The notes below the pieces were generated by a model. It worked only from the letters and a program-made list of their open reading frames with translations, had not been told where the DNA came from and searched no databases. Of a stretch of 64,000 bases of DNA, positions 45,773 through 55,991 are shown in pieces. The position numbers and the translations under genes were made by a program. Every line of letters begins with the position of its first letter. Position 1 is the first letter of the stretch. The DNA lies in contig CAVSGI010000006.1 in assembly GCA_963727445.1 (NCBI GenBank), positions 672,001 to 736,000 of the forward strand, read 5' to 3'. Origin of the DNA: an uncultured delta proteobacterium (lineage in GTDB: Bacteria; Myxococcota_A; Polyangia; Polyangiales; B10-G4).

Positions 45773-47533
45773 TCACTCACCGATGAAGATGGCGACCTCT
45801 TCGGCTTCGGCCCTGAGCTGAGCGACGCGCTCGGGGTCGGGGCGAAGGATGGCGCCGGCCGGAAGCGCGGCCTCGATGTCCGCGACCGCGGCGCGCCGGC
45901 GCTCGAGGTCGTCGGTGGCGACGTAGCGTGACCACGGCGCGTCGGGCGCGTCCGCGAGTGCGCGCGCCGAGCGCCAGGCGATGCGCCGAACCGCGGGATA
46001 TGGGTCGCGCTCGAGGACGTCGAAGAGCGCGCCCATCGCGGCGGAAGGGCCAGCGCTTCGCCCGAGGGCGTCGGCCGCCAGAGCGCGCTCGATGGGGTCG
46101 CCGCCGAAGAGCATGGCGAGGACCTCGGAAAGGCCGTCCTCTTCGCCCGCATCAAAGGGCGGTCGGGCTTCGCCGCCATCCCAGAGGCGCGCCTGCGCGT
46201 GGCGCGCCCACGCACGCGTCTGGTCCACGTGACAGAGGGTGCACGCGTCGGGGCGTCCATCGCGCGCCGCGGCGGCCACGTCGGGGACCTCGATGCGGTG
46301 GCTGATGCGCGCGCCGACCAGGCCGTAGACGATCTGCGGCATGTGACACGCGGTGCAGCGCGACCCGGCGCTCGCCGCTGGATGGTGAGTGTGAGCTTCG
46401 AGGGCGTCGTTTCGCCCGAGCGCCTGATGACAGTCCACGCAGGCGCCATCGCCGAGAGCTTCGGGGCGGAGCTGGCCGTCGGGATCGCCTTCGTGCATCC
46501 CGTGACAGGTCGTACAGCTGAATTCCGGATCGGCAGCGCAGGGGGAGGCGAGGTAGCCCTGATACGCGTACGCCGTCAGGCGTGGTGTCCCGTCCCGCCA
46601 GAAGCGCGGGGCGAAGACGCCCCTTGCGCCGTCGAGGGTCGTGTCGCGGCCGAGCGGCGTGCTGTAGCGGGACAGCTCCTCACCGGGGACGTAAGGGTCG
46701 CCGCGCGTGACGAAGGCATCGATGTCGTCGGTCTTGCGCTGGCCGTGGCAGCGGCCGCAGACCTCGGCGCTGCGCGCGCCGCTCAGGTCCTTGGGGCTCA
46801 CCAGCGTGGGGTCGTCGTCCGCCAGGTCGAGGACCAGGCTGCGGAGCGGGTCGGCGCGCGCTTCGACGTGCCGCCCCGCGGGTCCGTGGCAGGCCTCGCA
46901 AGCGACGCCGAGCTCGGCGACCGTGGTCTCGAAGCGCTCGCCCACGCGGCCGGGGTTCGGGGCCACGTTGTGGCAGAAGACGCAGTTGTCGTTCCAGCGG
47001 ACGACGTGGCGGTCGTAGTCCTCGCGCGCGATGGTGCCGCCAGGCGGCGGCGGCGCGGGGTCGGGGGTGAGGAAGGCTTCGTTCATGTGGAAGAAGCGGG
47101 CCTCGGCCGGGTCGTAGGCGATGGGCAGGCGCACGTAGAGGTCGTCGTCGCGCGCGAGGTACTGCTGGTACCGATGCGAGCCCACGGTGCGGACCACCGT
47201 CGCCGTGCGGCTGGGGAACCCGGGCCCCGAGAAGCGCATGAGGAACTCGCCCCGCTCGCCCCGCTCCATGCGTGCGACGACCCCACCGTAGAGGAGCTCG
47301 GTTCCGTCGAAGTCGGCGAGGACGGTGTCGTCGGTCGCTTCGCGCGTCATCCGCCCGTGGAAGGTGCGCGCGAAGGAGCGGTGCTGGTCGCGATGGCATG
47401 GCTCGCAGCTTTCCGAGCCCGCGTACGCCGTCTGGTGGAGGTCCACCGTGAGATCGGCGCCGACGGCGAAGGCCTCGTAGAGCACGACGAGCAGCACGCC
47501 CGAGAGCGCGAGCGCGCCGAGGGCACGTCTCAC
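45773..47533 (-). CDS. Membrane-anchored octaheme cytochrome c with C-terminal HEAT-like repeat
   Basis: N-terminal TM helix and eight CxxCH motifs (CEPCH, CVFCH, CEACH, CGRCH, CTTCH, CVDCH, CTACH, CTLCH). Confidence 0.88.
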   Translation of the reverse strand: MRRALGALALSGVLLVVLYEAFAVGADLTVDLHQTAYAGSESCEPCHRDQHRSFARTFHGRMTREATDDTVLADFDGTELLYGGVVARMERGERGEFLMRFSGPGFPSRTATVVRTVGSHRYQQYLARDDDLYVRLPIAYDPAEARFFHMNEAFLTPDPAPPPPGGTIAREDYDRHVVRWNDNCVFCHNVAPNPGRVGERFETTVAELGVACEACHGPAGRHVEARADPLRSLVLDLADDDPTLVSPKDLSGARSAEVCGRCHGQRKTDDIDAFVTRGDPYVPGEELSRYSTPLGRDTTLDGARGVFAPRFWRDGTPRLTAYAYQGYLASPCAADPEFSCTTCHGMHEGDPDGQLRPEALGDGACVDCHQALGRNDALEAHTHHPAASAGSRCTACHMPQIVYGLVGARISHRIEVPDVAAAARDGRPDACTLCHVDQTRAWARHAQARLWDGGEARPPFDAGEEDGLSEVLAMLFGGDPIERALAADALGRSAGPSAAMGALFDVLERDPYPAVRRIAWRSARALADAPDAPWSRYVATDDLERRRAAVADIEAALPAGAILRPDPERVAQLRAEAEEVAIFIGE

Positions 47534-47543
47534 GCGCCGTCCC

Positions 47544-50381
47544 TCAGGAGACCTCCTCGAGGGTCCTTTCGACACGCTCGAGATCCTTGAGCCCGATGCC
47601 GCGCATGATGGCGCGCGCTTCGTGGAGCCTCTCTCGCGCGGTCTCCATGTCTCCGCGCTCGATCAGGTGGTAGCCGAGCTCCGCGAGGGAGCGCGCGGCT
47701 TCCTTCTCGTTCCCGATCTCGCGAAAGAGGTCGATGCTGACGAGGAACGCTTCCTCGGCGCGCTTGTCGACGGCGCCGCTGGCGTCGAAGAGGGTCTGCG
47801 CTCGGAGCTGGCCCACGGCGCGGTGCGCGAGCGCGATGGCGTCCTGCTGCCCATAGTCGGTGGCGAGCTCGAGGGCCTTTTGGAGCAGGGTGTCGGCGTC
47901 GTCGTCGTGGGCGCGGAGCGCCACCCGCCCGAGGTTGCGCGCCACCTCCGCGGTGCCCCGCTTGTCGCCGAGCTTGTCGGCGTGCTGCTTCGCCTCATCG
48001 AGGCACGTCCGCGCTTCCTCGAGCCGCCCCGTCTCGAGGTACGCCTCGCCGAGGTTGTTCAAGAGGAAGCACTGCGCGCGCGCGTCCGCCATCGCGCGGG
48101 CCGCCTCGAGCGCGGCTTGCCAAGAGCGGATCGCGCTGTTGGCGTCGCCCCGCTCGTAGGCGACGATGGCCAGGGCGTTGTAGCTCTGGCTCTCGCCTTC
48201 GCGGTCGCCGATGCGCTTGCGCAGGCTCAGGGCCTGCTCGAAGAACTCGCCGGCCACGTCGAGCTTGCCGCGGTCGAGCTCGATGCCGCCCAGGGTGGTG
48301 AGGCTGACCGCTTCGCCGCGCGCATCGCCGTGCTGGCGCCGGATCTCGAGCGCCTCGGCGGCCGCCTGGATCGCGGGGTCGGTCTCGGAGCTGAGACGGT
48401 GGACCTGGGCGAGGTCGTCGAGGGTCGCGGCGACGCCGCGGAGGTCGCCAGCGGTGCGGAACATGGACAGGGCGCGCTCGAGGAGCTTGCGCGCGACCTC
48501 GTTCTCGCCGCGCTGGCGATGCACGCGCGCGATGCGGTTCAGCGCGGCGCCGCCCTTGCCGCGCGCGCCGATGCTCCACGCCAGGCGCAACATCTGGGTG
48601 AAGGCGTCGATGGAGTCGTCGTAGCGGCCCACCGTGGTGAGCAGCGAGCCGTGCTCGTGGTACGCGTCGATCTTGCGGACGACGTCGTCGTTCGGGATGA
48701 GCGGCAGCGCCTTTTCGACCGACTTCAGCGCCGAGGTGGTTCGCATCTGCTGCCGCTCGTAGCTCGCCGCTTCGAGGTACGCGCGCCCGGCCCGCGGTCC
48801 CATGCCCGCCTTTTCGAGGTGCGGTGCGATGAGCCCGGCGATCCCTTCGCGGCGGACCTCGGCGCTGACGGCGAGCCACCTGGCGATGGCCGTGTGGCGC
48901 TTCACCAGCAGCTGCTCCGGCAGGCGCTGGTAGAGCTTGTCCCGCGCGCCCGACACCACGAAGCGGAGCTCGACCGCACCAGGGACGTCCTGCGCGTCGG
49001 TCTCGCGGATGAAGCCGCGGTCCTTGAGCCGACCGAGGGCGGCGTTGAGCGCGACCAGGTCCTCGTCGTCGGGCCAGATGGTGATCGGCTCCGACACGTC
49101 GCCCGGCGCGTCGCGCTCGGCTCGCATCTGCGCGAGGATGGCGCCATCCCAGAACACCTCGCCGATCACGGCTGCGCGCTCGAGGGTCGCCCGGTCGAAC
49201 TCGTTGAGGCGCGCCAGCCGGGTCTCGATGGCGTCGTCGAGGGTGACCGGGAGCTCGCCCTGCTCGAGGCGCTCGAGATCGACTTCGAGGCCGTCCTCGG
49301 CCGGCTGGAAGAGCCCGCTCTCGAGGAGCGCGAATGTCAGCTCGCGCACCGCGCCCGGGTTTCCCTTCGAGCGGTGCAGGATGCCCGCGGCGAGCTCCTC
49401 GGGCACCGAGACCAGGCTCGGAAGCAGGACGTGGAGCATCGCCGACACGTCGCTCTCGGTCAGCGGCGCGATGGGGCCGATGGCCACACCGCCGGCCGGC
49501 GTGAGGCCGTCGGTCTTCTCCGCGAGTGGCGCGTCGCCAGCGATGACCACCGCCACGTGCGCCTCGACATCGGTGAGGCCGGAGAGGAGCGCCCAACCGT
49601 CCTCCTCCGCGAAGTGCATGTCGTCGAGGAGCACCAGCACCGGCCGCACCTGCGCGTCGCCTTCGACGATGCGCTTGATCGCCTTCGCGACGCGCTTGCG
49701 CAGCTCATCGGGCTTGTCCTCGAGGGGCGTGAGGAAGGGCGAGTCGGGGAAGGGGATCCCGGCGACGTGGCCGAGGAGATGCGTGGTCTCGGCGACGATG
49801 ATCGCGTCCTTGGTCATCAGCGCTTCGCTGACGGTGGTCGCCATCTGCCCTCGCACCGCGGAAGGCGACGAGGAGGGCGTCACGCCGAAGCGCTCGAGGA
49901 GCAAGCGCGAGAAGGGGGCATAGGGGCCGTCGCCGCCATCCTTGCGGCACGCGGCGTAGAGGATGCGAACGTCGGGGGCGACCCGCGCGGCGATCTCGCT
50001 GGCGTAGGTGAGCAGGCGCGTGCGTCCCGAGCCCGCGCCACCCTCGATGGCGACCAGCGTCGGCGAGCCCACGGTGAAGGCGCGCTCGACGCCGGTGCGG
50101 ATGGCTTCGGCGGCCTCCGCCTGTCCGATCAGGGGCGGCTCGATCTCCTCGCTGGTGACGGTCGTCTCGAGGCTCTCCGAGTCGGTGGTGACCTGCGTGT
50201 CGAAGCCGAGCTCGTGCTCCTCGGTGGGCGCGAACTCCGGCGCGCTGACCACCGTCGGCTCACCGGCGGGACCGATCCCCGTGCGGCCGGGCGAGAGCAG
50301 GGCCGTACCGCACTTCGCGCATGCTCTCCACGCGCGTGGATTGTCGAAACCGCAAGACGGGCAGGTGGTGACGGTGGTCAA
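47544..50381 (-). CDS. Zinc-ribbon + AAA/STAND-type ATPase + TPR protein
   Basis: CPSC...CAKC, degenerate Walker A GGAGSGRT, Walker B VLLDDMH, GNP and many TPRs. Confidence 0.85.
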   Translation of the reverse strand: MTTVTTCPSCGFDNPRAWRACAKCGTALLSPGRTGIGPAGEPTVVSAPEFAPTEEHELGFDTQVTTDSESLETTVTSEEIEPPLIGQAEAAEAIRTGVERAFTVGSPTLVAIEGGAGSGRTRLLTYASEIAARVAPDVRILYAACRKDGGDGPYAPFSRLLLERFGVTPSSSPSAVRGQMATTVSEALMTKDAIIVAETTHLLGHVAGIPFPDSPFLTPLEDKPDELRKRVAKAIKRIVEGDAQVRPVLVLLDDMHFAEEDGWALLSGLTDVEAHVAVVIAGDAPLAEKTDGLTPAGGVAIGPIAPLTESDVSAMLHVLLPSLVSVPEELAAGILHRSKGNPGAVRELTFALLESGLFQPAEDGLEVDLERLEQGELPVTLDDAIETRLARLNEFDRATLERAAVIGEVFWDGAILAQMRAERDAPGDVSEPITIWPDDEDLVALNAALGRLKDRGFIRETDAQDVPGAVELRFVVSGARDKLYQRLPEQLLVKRHTAIARWLAVSAEVRREGIAGLIAPHLEKAGMGPRAGRAYLEAASYERQQMRTTSALKSVEKALPLIPNDDVVRKIDAYHEHGSLLTTVGRYDDSIDAFTQMLRLAWSIGARGKGGAALNRIARVHRQRGENEVARKLLERALSMFRTAGDLRGVAATLDDLAQVHRLSSETDPAIQAAAEALEIRRQHGDARGEAVSLTTLGGIELDRGKLDVAGEFFEQALSLRKRIGDREGESQSYNALAIVAYERGDANSAIRSWQAALEAARAMADARAQCFLLNNLGEAYLETGRLEEARTCLDEAKQHADKLGDKRGTAEVARNLGRVALRAHDDDADTLLQKALELATDYGQQDAIALAHRAVGQLRAQTLFDASGAVDKRAEEAFLVSIDLFREIGNEKEAARSLAELGYHLIERGDMETARERLHEARAIMRGIGLKDLERVERTLEEVS

Positions 50382-50453
50382 GACGCTTCCCCCCGGGGGC
50401 GGGGAATCTACGTCGTAGACGCGCGCCTGGCGAACGGAAATTAAAGGCAACGA

Positions 50454-51530
50454 TTACGGGGCGATTTCACCGTCCGCGCCGATGGAGGCGCAGCGCTGAG
50501 CCGTCTCCTCGTGGACGCGGGCCTGGCGGGCCTCGAGCACGTCGCGGGGCAGGCGCATGGGCTCGGCGAGGTCGGAGGGCGAGGCGCCCGCGCGGTCCTG
50601 GAAGAAGAGGGAGGGGTCGTCGGTGATGTCGTAGAGCTCTTCACCCGCCGCGAGGAGCTCGCAGTTGCGGCGGCGGAGCTCGTCCATGATCAGTGGGAAA
50701 GCGTCCACCGAGTGGTCGTGGATGTCGTGCAGAAGCACGATGCCGCCGCGGTCCCCTTCGTCGCGCTCGCGCACGTCGAGCACGCGGAAGAAGACGCGGT
50801 AGACGTCCTCGGGTGTCTCGACCTGGAAGTCGCCCGTGCCGAGGTTCCACAGCACCGAGGTGTAGCCGCGGGCCGCGATCATGTTGTCGACGCGCACCGA
50901 GCGGGAACCGCCGGGCGGACGCAGGAGCCACGGGCGCTGCCCCAGCACCTCATCGAAGATGCGCTCGGACTCGTCGATCTGCTCGGCCACACCCACGTCG
51001 TCGAGGGTGGGCAGCTGGACGTGATCGAGCGTGTGGCTCGCCACGACGTGTCCGCGTCGCACGATGTCCTGCGCGATCCGCTGCTGAAGGCGTTGCCGGT
51101 TGGTCTCGCCCTTCATGCGGCTCGCGGTCAGGAAGAAGACGCCCTTGACGCCATAGGCGTCGAGGTAGTCGAGGAGCCTCGGCGTGGTGCGCCGGTTGGG
51201 ACCGTCGTCGAAGGTGAAGAGCAGGATGCGGTGGGGGGTGCGCCCGGTGATGATCCGACCGCCTGCCATGCGCTGGCCGAAGGGATCTTCGTGAAGCGGG
51301 TCGTAGGGCAGGGGCGCCGGGATGGGCGCGTCGTTCGGCGGCGAATCCCCATCGCCAGCCACCAAGGCGGGCGGCAGCATCGCCTCGGGCTGTTGGGCCG
51401 GCCTTTGGGTGGCCGCCTGGGCGGTGGGCCCGAAGTCCACCTGCGTGGCGGTCAGCGCCCCTCCCAAGAGAGCCAAGATGCACGAGATGATGCGCCAACT
51501 GCGCTTCTTCGGAGCACGACCCTGAACCAT
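50454..51530 (-). CDS. Polysaccharide deacetylase (CE4/NodB)
   Basis: TFDDGP, HTLDH, RPPGG and LLHD motifs with an N-terminal signal/TM segment. Confidence 0.9.
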   Translation of the reverse strand: MVQGRAPKKRSWRIISCILALLGGALTATQVDFGPTAQAATQRPAQQPEAMLPPALVAGDGDSPPNDAPIPAPLPYDPLHEDPFGQRMAGGRIITGRTPHRILLFTFDDGPNRRTTPRLLDYLDAYGVKGVFFLTASRMKGETNRQRLQQRIAQDIVRRGHVVASHTLDHVQLPTLDDVGVAEQIDESERIFDEVLGQRPWLLRPPGGSRSVRVDNMIAARGYTSVLWNLGTGDFQVETPEDVYRVFFRVLDVRERDEGDRGGIVLLHDIHDHSVDAFPLIMDELRRRNCELLAAGEELYDITDDPSLFFQDRAGASPSDLAEPMRLPRDVLEARQARVHEETAQRCASIGADGEIAP

Positions 51531-51591
51531 GTACGAAATGGTAGGGAGATGTAGGCGTAACCCGAAGAAAGTGGCGTGCCGGGTCGGCCGC

Positions 51592-53022
51592 TCAAGGCAT
51601 GCGGGTCGTGAAGCGCAGGGGCTGGTCGAAGGTGACGCGGCCGCCGGTGGGGGGCGGGAAGCTCCAGCGTTGCGCCTCCTGGGTGACGCACTGGCGGAAG
51701 CGCTGCGAGGGGGCGGAGCCGCGCCGCTGGATCAGCTGCGCGCGCTCGACGCGGCCCGTGAGGCCGATGGTGACGCGGAGGCTGAAGACGCCCGAAGGCG
51801 GCTCGCCGCGGCGGGCTTCCTGTTGGTGGCAGGCCTGAAGGTTGCGCATCCCGGCGCGTACGGGGGGCGCGAGGAGCGCGGGCGGGAGATAGCCCTCGCG
51901 CTCGGGTGGGGCATCGGGGACGAGCGCGGCGCCCTCGACCACCTCGCCCGTCTCGCCGACCTCGACCAGCTGCGTCTCGAGACGACCCTCCAAGGCTCCG
52001 ATGCCGACCTCGACCTCGCCCCGTGGGACGCGCATCGCGAGGACGCCGCTGGCCTCGATGTCCCGGCTGCCCACGCGGATGCGGTGCGCGCCCTGGCCCA
52101 CACGAACCCTGAGCACCGGCCAATCGGCGGCCTCTCCGGTGAGCCCGACCGGCCTCCGAACGCTCTGTGGCCCCCACACCACGAAGCCCGAACGCCAGGC
52201 GCCTGGCGCCTGCACGACCGCTTCGATCCGCTCGCCGCGCGACACCTCCACCACACCCTCGGCCACCACCAGGGCGACGTCCTCGGCCTTGCGACTCACC
52301 GCGAAGCGCGTGCCGCGCACACGAAAGACGTAGGGACCCGCGTGCACCTCGTAGCGATCGCCGAGCGCGAGATGCGCCACCTGGTTGGCGACCGTCCCGT
52401 GCGCGAGATCGAGGGTGACGCGCCCCTCACGGAGCTCCGCGACCCTCACTTCGGTGTGAGCCTCGAGCGCCATGCCCGTGCCCTCCGCGAAGCGGACGTG
52501 CGCTTCGGACGATTCGTCGGCGATGAGCACGCTGTTCTCTGCAACCGCGCCACCCGGCGCGGTCTCCACCTCACCGTCGAGATGCACCTGTCCCGCCACA
52601 AGGGTGAGCTCGCCGTTCACCGCCGCCCGCGGCGCTTCTGGCTGTGCAGGCGCCGCGGTCTGAACGCCGCGCGTGGCGAAGGAGCTGTCCTCGCCCGTGT
52701 GGCCCGCCACCCAGACGAAGAAGAGCGCGGCGGCGGCGAAGGCGAGGAAGACCATCGGTGCGACGGCCTTGCGATCACTCACCTCCCGGGCCGCCTCATG
52801 GGCGGCGCGCCTCAGCGGCAGCTCCATCCGCGGATAGTCGGGCGTCGGGATGGGCGCGCGCTTCACGTCCTGCAGCAGCGCGTCGTAGGCGCGCATGGAG
52901 GCGAGCGCTTCGAGACAGACCTCGCACGCCCCGAGGTGCCTCTCCACGCGACGGCGTCCGTCGTCGGAGAGCAGCTCCGCGTCGTAGGCGAGGAGCGCCG
53001 CGATCTTGGGCTCGTGACTCAT
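51592..53022 (-). CDS. Zinc-finger anti-sigma factor with FecR domain and AgmX/PglI (TonB-C-like) C-terminus
   Basis: HLGACEVC (ZAS motif), a TM helix, FRVRGTRF (FecR) and a C-terminal C...G...I...G.V...C....W.FP.P. Confidence 0.8.
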   Translation of the reverse strand: MSHEPKIAALLAYDAELLSDDGRRRVERHLGACEVCLEALASMRAYDALLQDVKRAPIPTPDYPRMELPLRRAAHEAAREVSDRKAVAPMVFLAFAAAALFFVWVAGHTGEDSSFATRGVQTAAPAQPEAPRAAVNGELTLVAGQVHLDGEVETAPGGAVAENSVLIADESSEAHVRFAEGTGMALEAHTEVRVAELREGRVTLDLAHGTVANQVAHLALGDRYEVHAGPYVFRVRGTRFAVSRKAEDVALVVAEGVVEVSRGERIEAVVQAPGAWRSGFVVWGPQSVRRPVGLTGEAADWPVLRVRVGQGAHRIRVGSRDIEASGVLAMRVPRGEVEVGIGALEGRLETQLVEVGETGEVVEGAALVPDAPPEREGYLPPALLAPPVRAGMRNLQACHQQEARRGEPPSGVFSLRVTIGLTGRVERAQLIQRRGSAPSQRFRQCVTQEAQRWSFPPPTGGRVTFDQPLRFTTRMP

Positions 53023-53693
53023 CGCGGCTCCCCCGCGGCAGGGGTGGGGCGGCGCTCGCGGGCCGGGGTCGGGGCCGGAGGCGCGGCGACAAGGCCCGGC
53101 TTGCCCGGAAGGTCGGGCAGCACCGCCTCGACGGCCGGCCGCAAACGGGGGTCGGCGGCGATGGCGGCGTACAGCTCCTTGCGTGCGTAGAAGAGGCGGG
53201 TGCGGACGGTCAGCACCGGCGCGTCCACCACGTCGGCGATCTCCTTGGCCGGCATCCCCTCGAGGTCGTGGAGCACGAGCACCGTGCGTTTCTTCTCGCT
53301 CAGGGTCTCGAGGAGCGCGTAGAGGGCCCGCACCCGCTCGCCGCGCTCGGCCACCACGTCCGGCGTCTCCGGCGGCTTGGCGTCGCGGGGCGCCTCGGGC
53401 ACCTCCACGTCCGCGAAACGGGGCCGGCTCCGCCCACGTCGCAGATGCATTCGGGCGACGTTCAGGGTGAGGCGATAGAGCCAGGTGGAAAACTTCGCGT
53501 CGCCTCTGAACTTCGGCAGCGATCGATAGACGTGGACGAAGACATCCTGGACGACGTCCTCGACCTCGTTGGAGGGGCCCAGCACCCGGTAGACCAGGCG
53601 GGTGACGTCTCCCCGGTGCTTCACGAAGAGCTCACCAAAGGCCTTCTCGTCGCCCGCCTGGGCTCTCGCGATCAGCGGATCATGGCCAGCCAT
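53019..53693 (-). CDS. ECF RNA polymerase sigma factor
   Basis: EDVVQDVF, KFSTWLYRL, EIA...TVRTRLFYAR. Overlaps the anti-sigma start (ATGA). Confidence 0.93.
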   Translation of the reverse strand: MAGHDPLIARAQAGDEKAFGELFVKHRGDVTRLVYRVLGPSNEVEDVVQDVFVHVYRSLPKFRGDAKFSTWLYRLTLNVARMHLRRGRSRPRFADVEVPEAPRDAKPPETPDVVAERGERVRALYALLETLSEKKRTVLVLHDLEGMPAKEIADVVDAPVLTVRTRLFYARKELYAAIAADPRLRPAVEAVLPDLPGKPGLVAAPPAPTPARERRPTPAAGEPR

Positions 53694-54062
53694 CGGCTTG
53701 TTCTCGCCCTCGAGGGCTCTCACAGAATGGGGCTTTTCGCCCCAGGCTGCTGTTGTGGCAGACGATAGCATGCGGCTGTTTCCGGATTGCTGAGGGTTCG
53801 TTGCCCTCCCGGTCAGAGCCGTTCATCGAAACGGGCTTCGCCCGATTCGGAAATCGACTTTTTCGCAGCCGTCAGCGGGACTTGCGGTTCAGGATCTCGA
53901 CGACGTCCTGGCCCACGAGAAGCGCGACGACCACCAATACCGAAGCGACCACCATGGGCCCACGCTCGCCGAGGGGGGCCTGGCGGGTCCAAAAAACGGC
54001 AGAAATAGTCGTCGGTCGACGCTTGTCATGCCCAGAAGGATGGACTAATCGGCGAACCTGAC

Positions 54063-55241
54063 GTGATCGAGGTCGAGCAGCTCACGAAGCGCTACGGCGC
54101 TCGAACAGCGGTGGCCGACATCTCCTTCTCCGTGGAGAAGGGCGAGGTGGTGGGCTTTCTCGGCCCGAATGGCGCCGGCAAGAGCACGACCCTTCGCATG
54201 ATCACGGGCTTCGTCGCCCCCACCGCGGGGACGGTGCGGGTCGGTGGGGTCGACGCGCTCGCGGACCCCCTCGGGGCCCGGCGCCAGATCGGCTACATGC
54301 CCGAGGGTGTCCCCCTCTATCCCGAGATGCGCGTCCGCGAGTACCTGCGCTATCGAGCGGAGCTCAAGGAGGTTTCGCCCCGGGACCTGAAGCGACGGGT
54401 GGGCGAGGCCCTGGAGAAGGCGGACGTCAAAGACGTCGAGGACCGCATCATCGGCCAGCTCTCGAAGGGCTACCGGCAGCGCGTGGGCCTGGCCGACGCC
54501 CTGGTCTCCGATCCACCCCTGTTGATCCTCGACGAGCCCACCGCGGGCCTCGACCCCAATCAGATCCGCCAGGTCCGCGACCTCATCCGTAGCTTCGAGG
54601 GCAAGAAGACCGTCTTCCTCTCCACCCACATCCTGTCCGAGGTGGAGGCGAGCTGCAGTCGCGTGGTGATCATCCACCGCGGCCGCCTGGTGGGTGAGGG
54701 CGCCCCCGAGAGCCTCCGCGACCGCTCCGCCGGCGAGCAGCAGGTCACCTTGGTGGCCCGCGGTGACGAGGAGAAGCTCCGCGACGGGCTCCACGGGGTG
54801 GACGGCGTTCACGGCATCGTCGAATCACGGGCCCGCGGCGACGAGGTCCACGATATCCACCTCAGAACGGTCGGCGGCCCCGAGGTGATGGAGCGGATCT
54901 TCGGCGCCGTCGTCGAGGCCGGCGCCGTCCTGCGCGCCCTGTCGCGCGAAGAGGAGCGCCTCGAGGACGTCTTCGCCACGCTCACGGCGAAGGAGGCCGA
55001 GGAGCTGAGGGAAGGGTTGGGGGAGTCGGATTCGGAGACCGACACGGAGACTGGTGCAGGGTCGGACGCGGACGCGGAGACGGACGCAGGGTCGGACGCG
55101 GAGCCGGACGCAGGGTCGGACGCGGACGCGGAGACGGAGACGGACGCAGACGACGACGCAAACGACGACGACGCGGACGATGACGATGACGCGGACGACG
55201 ACGATGACGCGGACGACGACGACGCGGAGGACGAGAAGTGA
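54063..55241 (+). CDS. ABC transporter ATP-binding protein (GldA-like) with acidic tail
   Basis: GPNGAGKST, LSKGYRQRV, LDEPT and STH, then a long D/E-rich C-terminus. Confidence 0.92.
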   Translation: MIEVEQLTKRYGARTAVADISFSVEKGEVVGFLGPNGAGKSTTLRMITGFVAPTAGTVRVGGVDALADPLGARRQIGYMPEGVPLYPEMRVREYLRYRAELKEVSPRDLKRRVGEALEKADVKDVEDRIIGQLSKGYRQRVGLADALVSDPPLLILDEPTAGLDPNQIRQVRDLIRSFEGKKTVFLSTHILSEVEASCSRVVIIHRGRLVGEGAPESLRDRSAGEQQVTLVARGDEEKLRDGLHGVDGVHGIVESRARGDEVHDIHLRTVGGPEVMERIFGAVVEAGAVLRALSREEERLEDVFATLTAKEAEELREGLGESDSETDTETGAGSDADAETDAGSDAEPDAGSDADAETETDADDDANDDDADDDDDADDDDDADDDDAEDEK

Positions 55242-55990
55242 GGGGCACCTGGACGATCGCGAAGCGGGAGATCCAGGCGTTCTTCGTCAGTCCGATCGCC
55301 TACGTGATGCTCACCGTCTTCCTGCTGGTGCAGGGGCTCAGCCTCTATCTCTTCGCGTCGTACTTCGCGACGAGTCAGTACTCGCCGGGGGCCGTGAGCC
55401 AGACGCCGCTCACGATGTTCTTCGGCAACTCCACCCTCTACTACATCGTCCTTCTGGTCTTCGTGCCGCTGATGACGATGCGGCTGATCGCCGAAGAGAA
55501 GCGCACCGGCACGCTGGAGGCGCTGCTGACGGTGCCCATCACCGAGTGGCAGCTCGTCCTCGGCAAGTACGTCGCGGCCCTCGTCTTCTGGGTCGCGCTC
55601 TGGCTGCCGACCCTGCTCTACGTCTGGATCCTCAGCCACTACGGCGACATCGATCCGGGCGTCGTCGCCGCGAGCTACCTCGGTGTCTTCGGGATCGGCG
55701 CCTATTACCTCGCCATCGGCCTGCTCATGAGCGCCCTGTCGCAGAGCCAGATCGTCGCCGCCGCGCTCACCTTCCTCGTCGTGATGCTCCTCTTCCTCCT
55801 GGGCATCTTCGAGATGGTCAATCCGTCCTCGGAAGCGGCCGCCGTTCTCAAGGTGGTGAGCGTCTGGGGCCACATGGCGGACTTCTCGAAGGGGATCATC
55901 GATACGCGCTACCTGATCTTCCAGGCCTCGGTCGTGGTCGTCGCCATCTTCACGGCGGTGCGGGTGCTGCAGTCGCGGAGGTACGGCTGA
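55238..55990 (+). CDS. ABC-2 type permease (GldF-like)
   Basis: FVSPIAY, TMRLIAEEKRTGTLE.LLT.P and GIID motifs with about six TM helices. Confidence 0.9.
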   Translation: MRGTWTIAKREIQAFFVSPIAYVMLTVFLLVQGLSLYLFASYFATSQYSPGAVSQTPLTMFFGNSTLYYIVLLVFVPLMTMRLIAEEKRTGTLEALLTVPITEWQLVLGKYVAALVFWVALWLPTLLYVWILSHYGDIDPGVVAASYLGVFGIGAYYLAIGLLMSALSQSQIVAAALTFLVVMLLFLLGIFEMVNPSSEAAAVLKVVSVWGHMADFSKGIIDTRYLIFQASVVVVAIFTAVRVLQSRRYG

Positions 55991-55991
55991 G

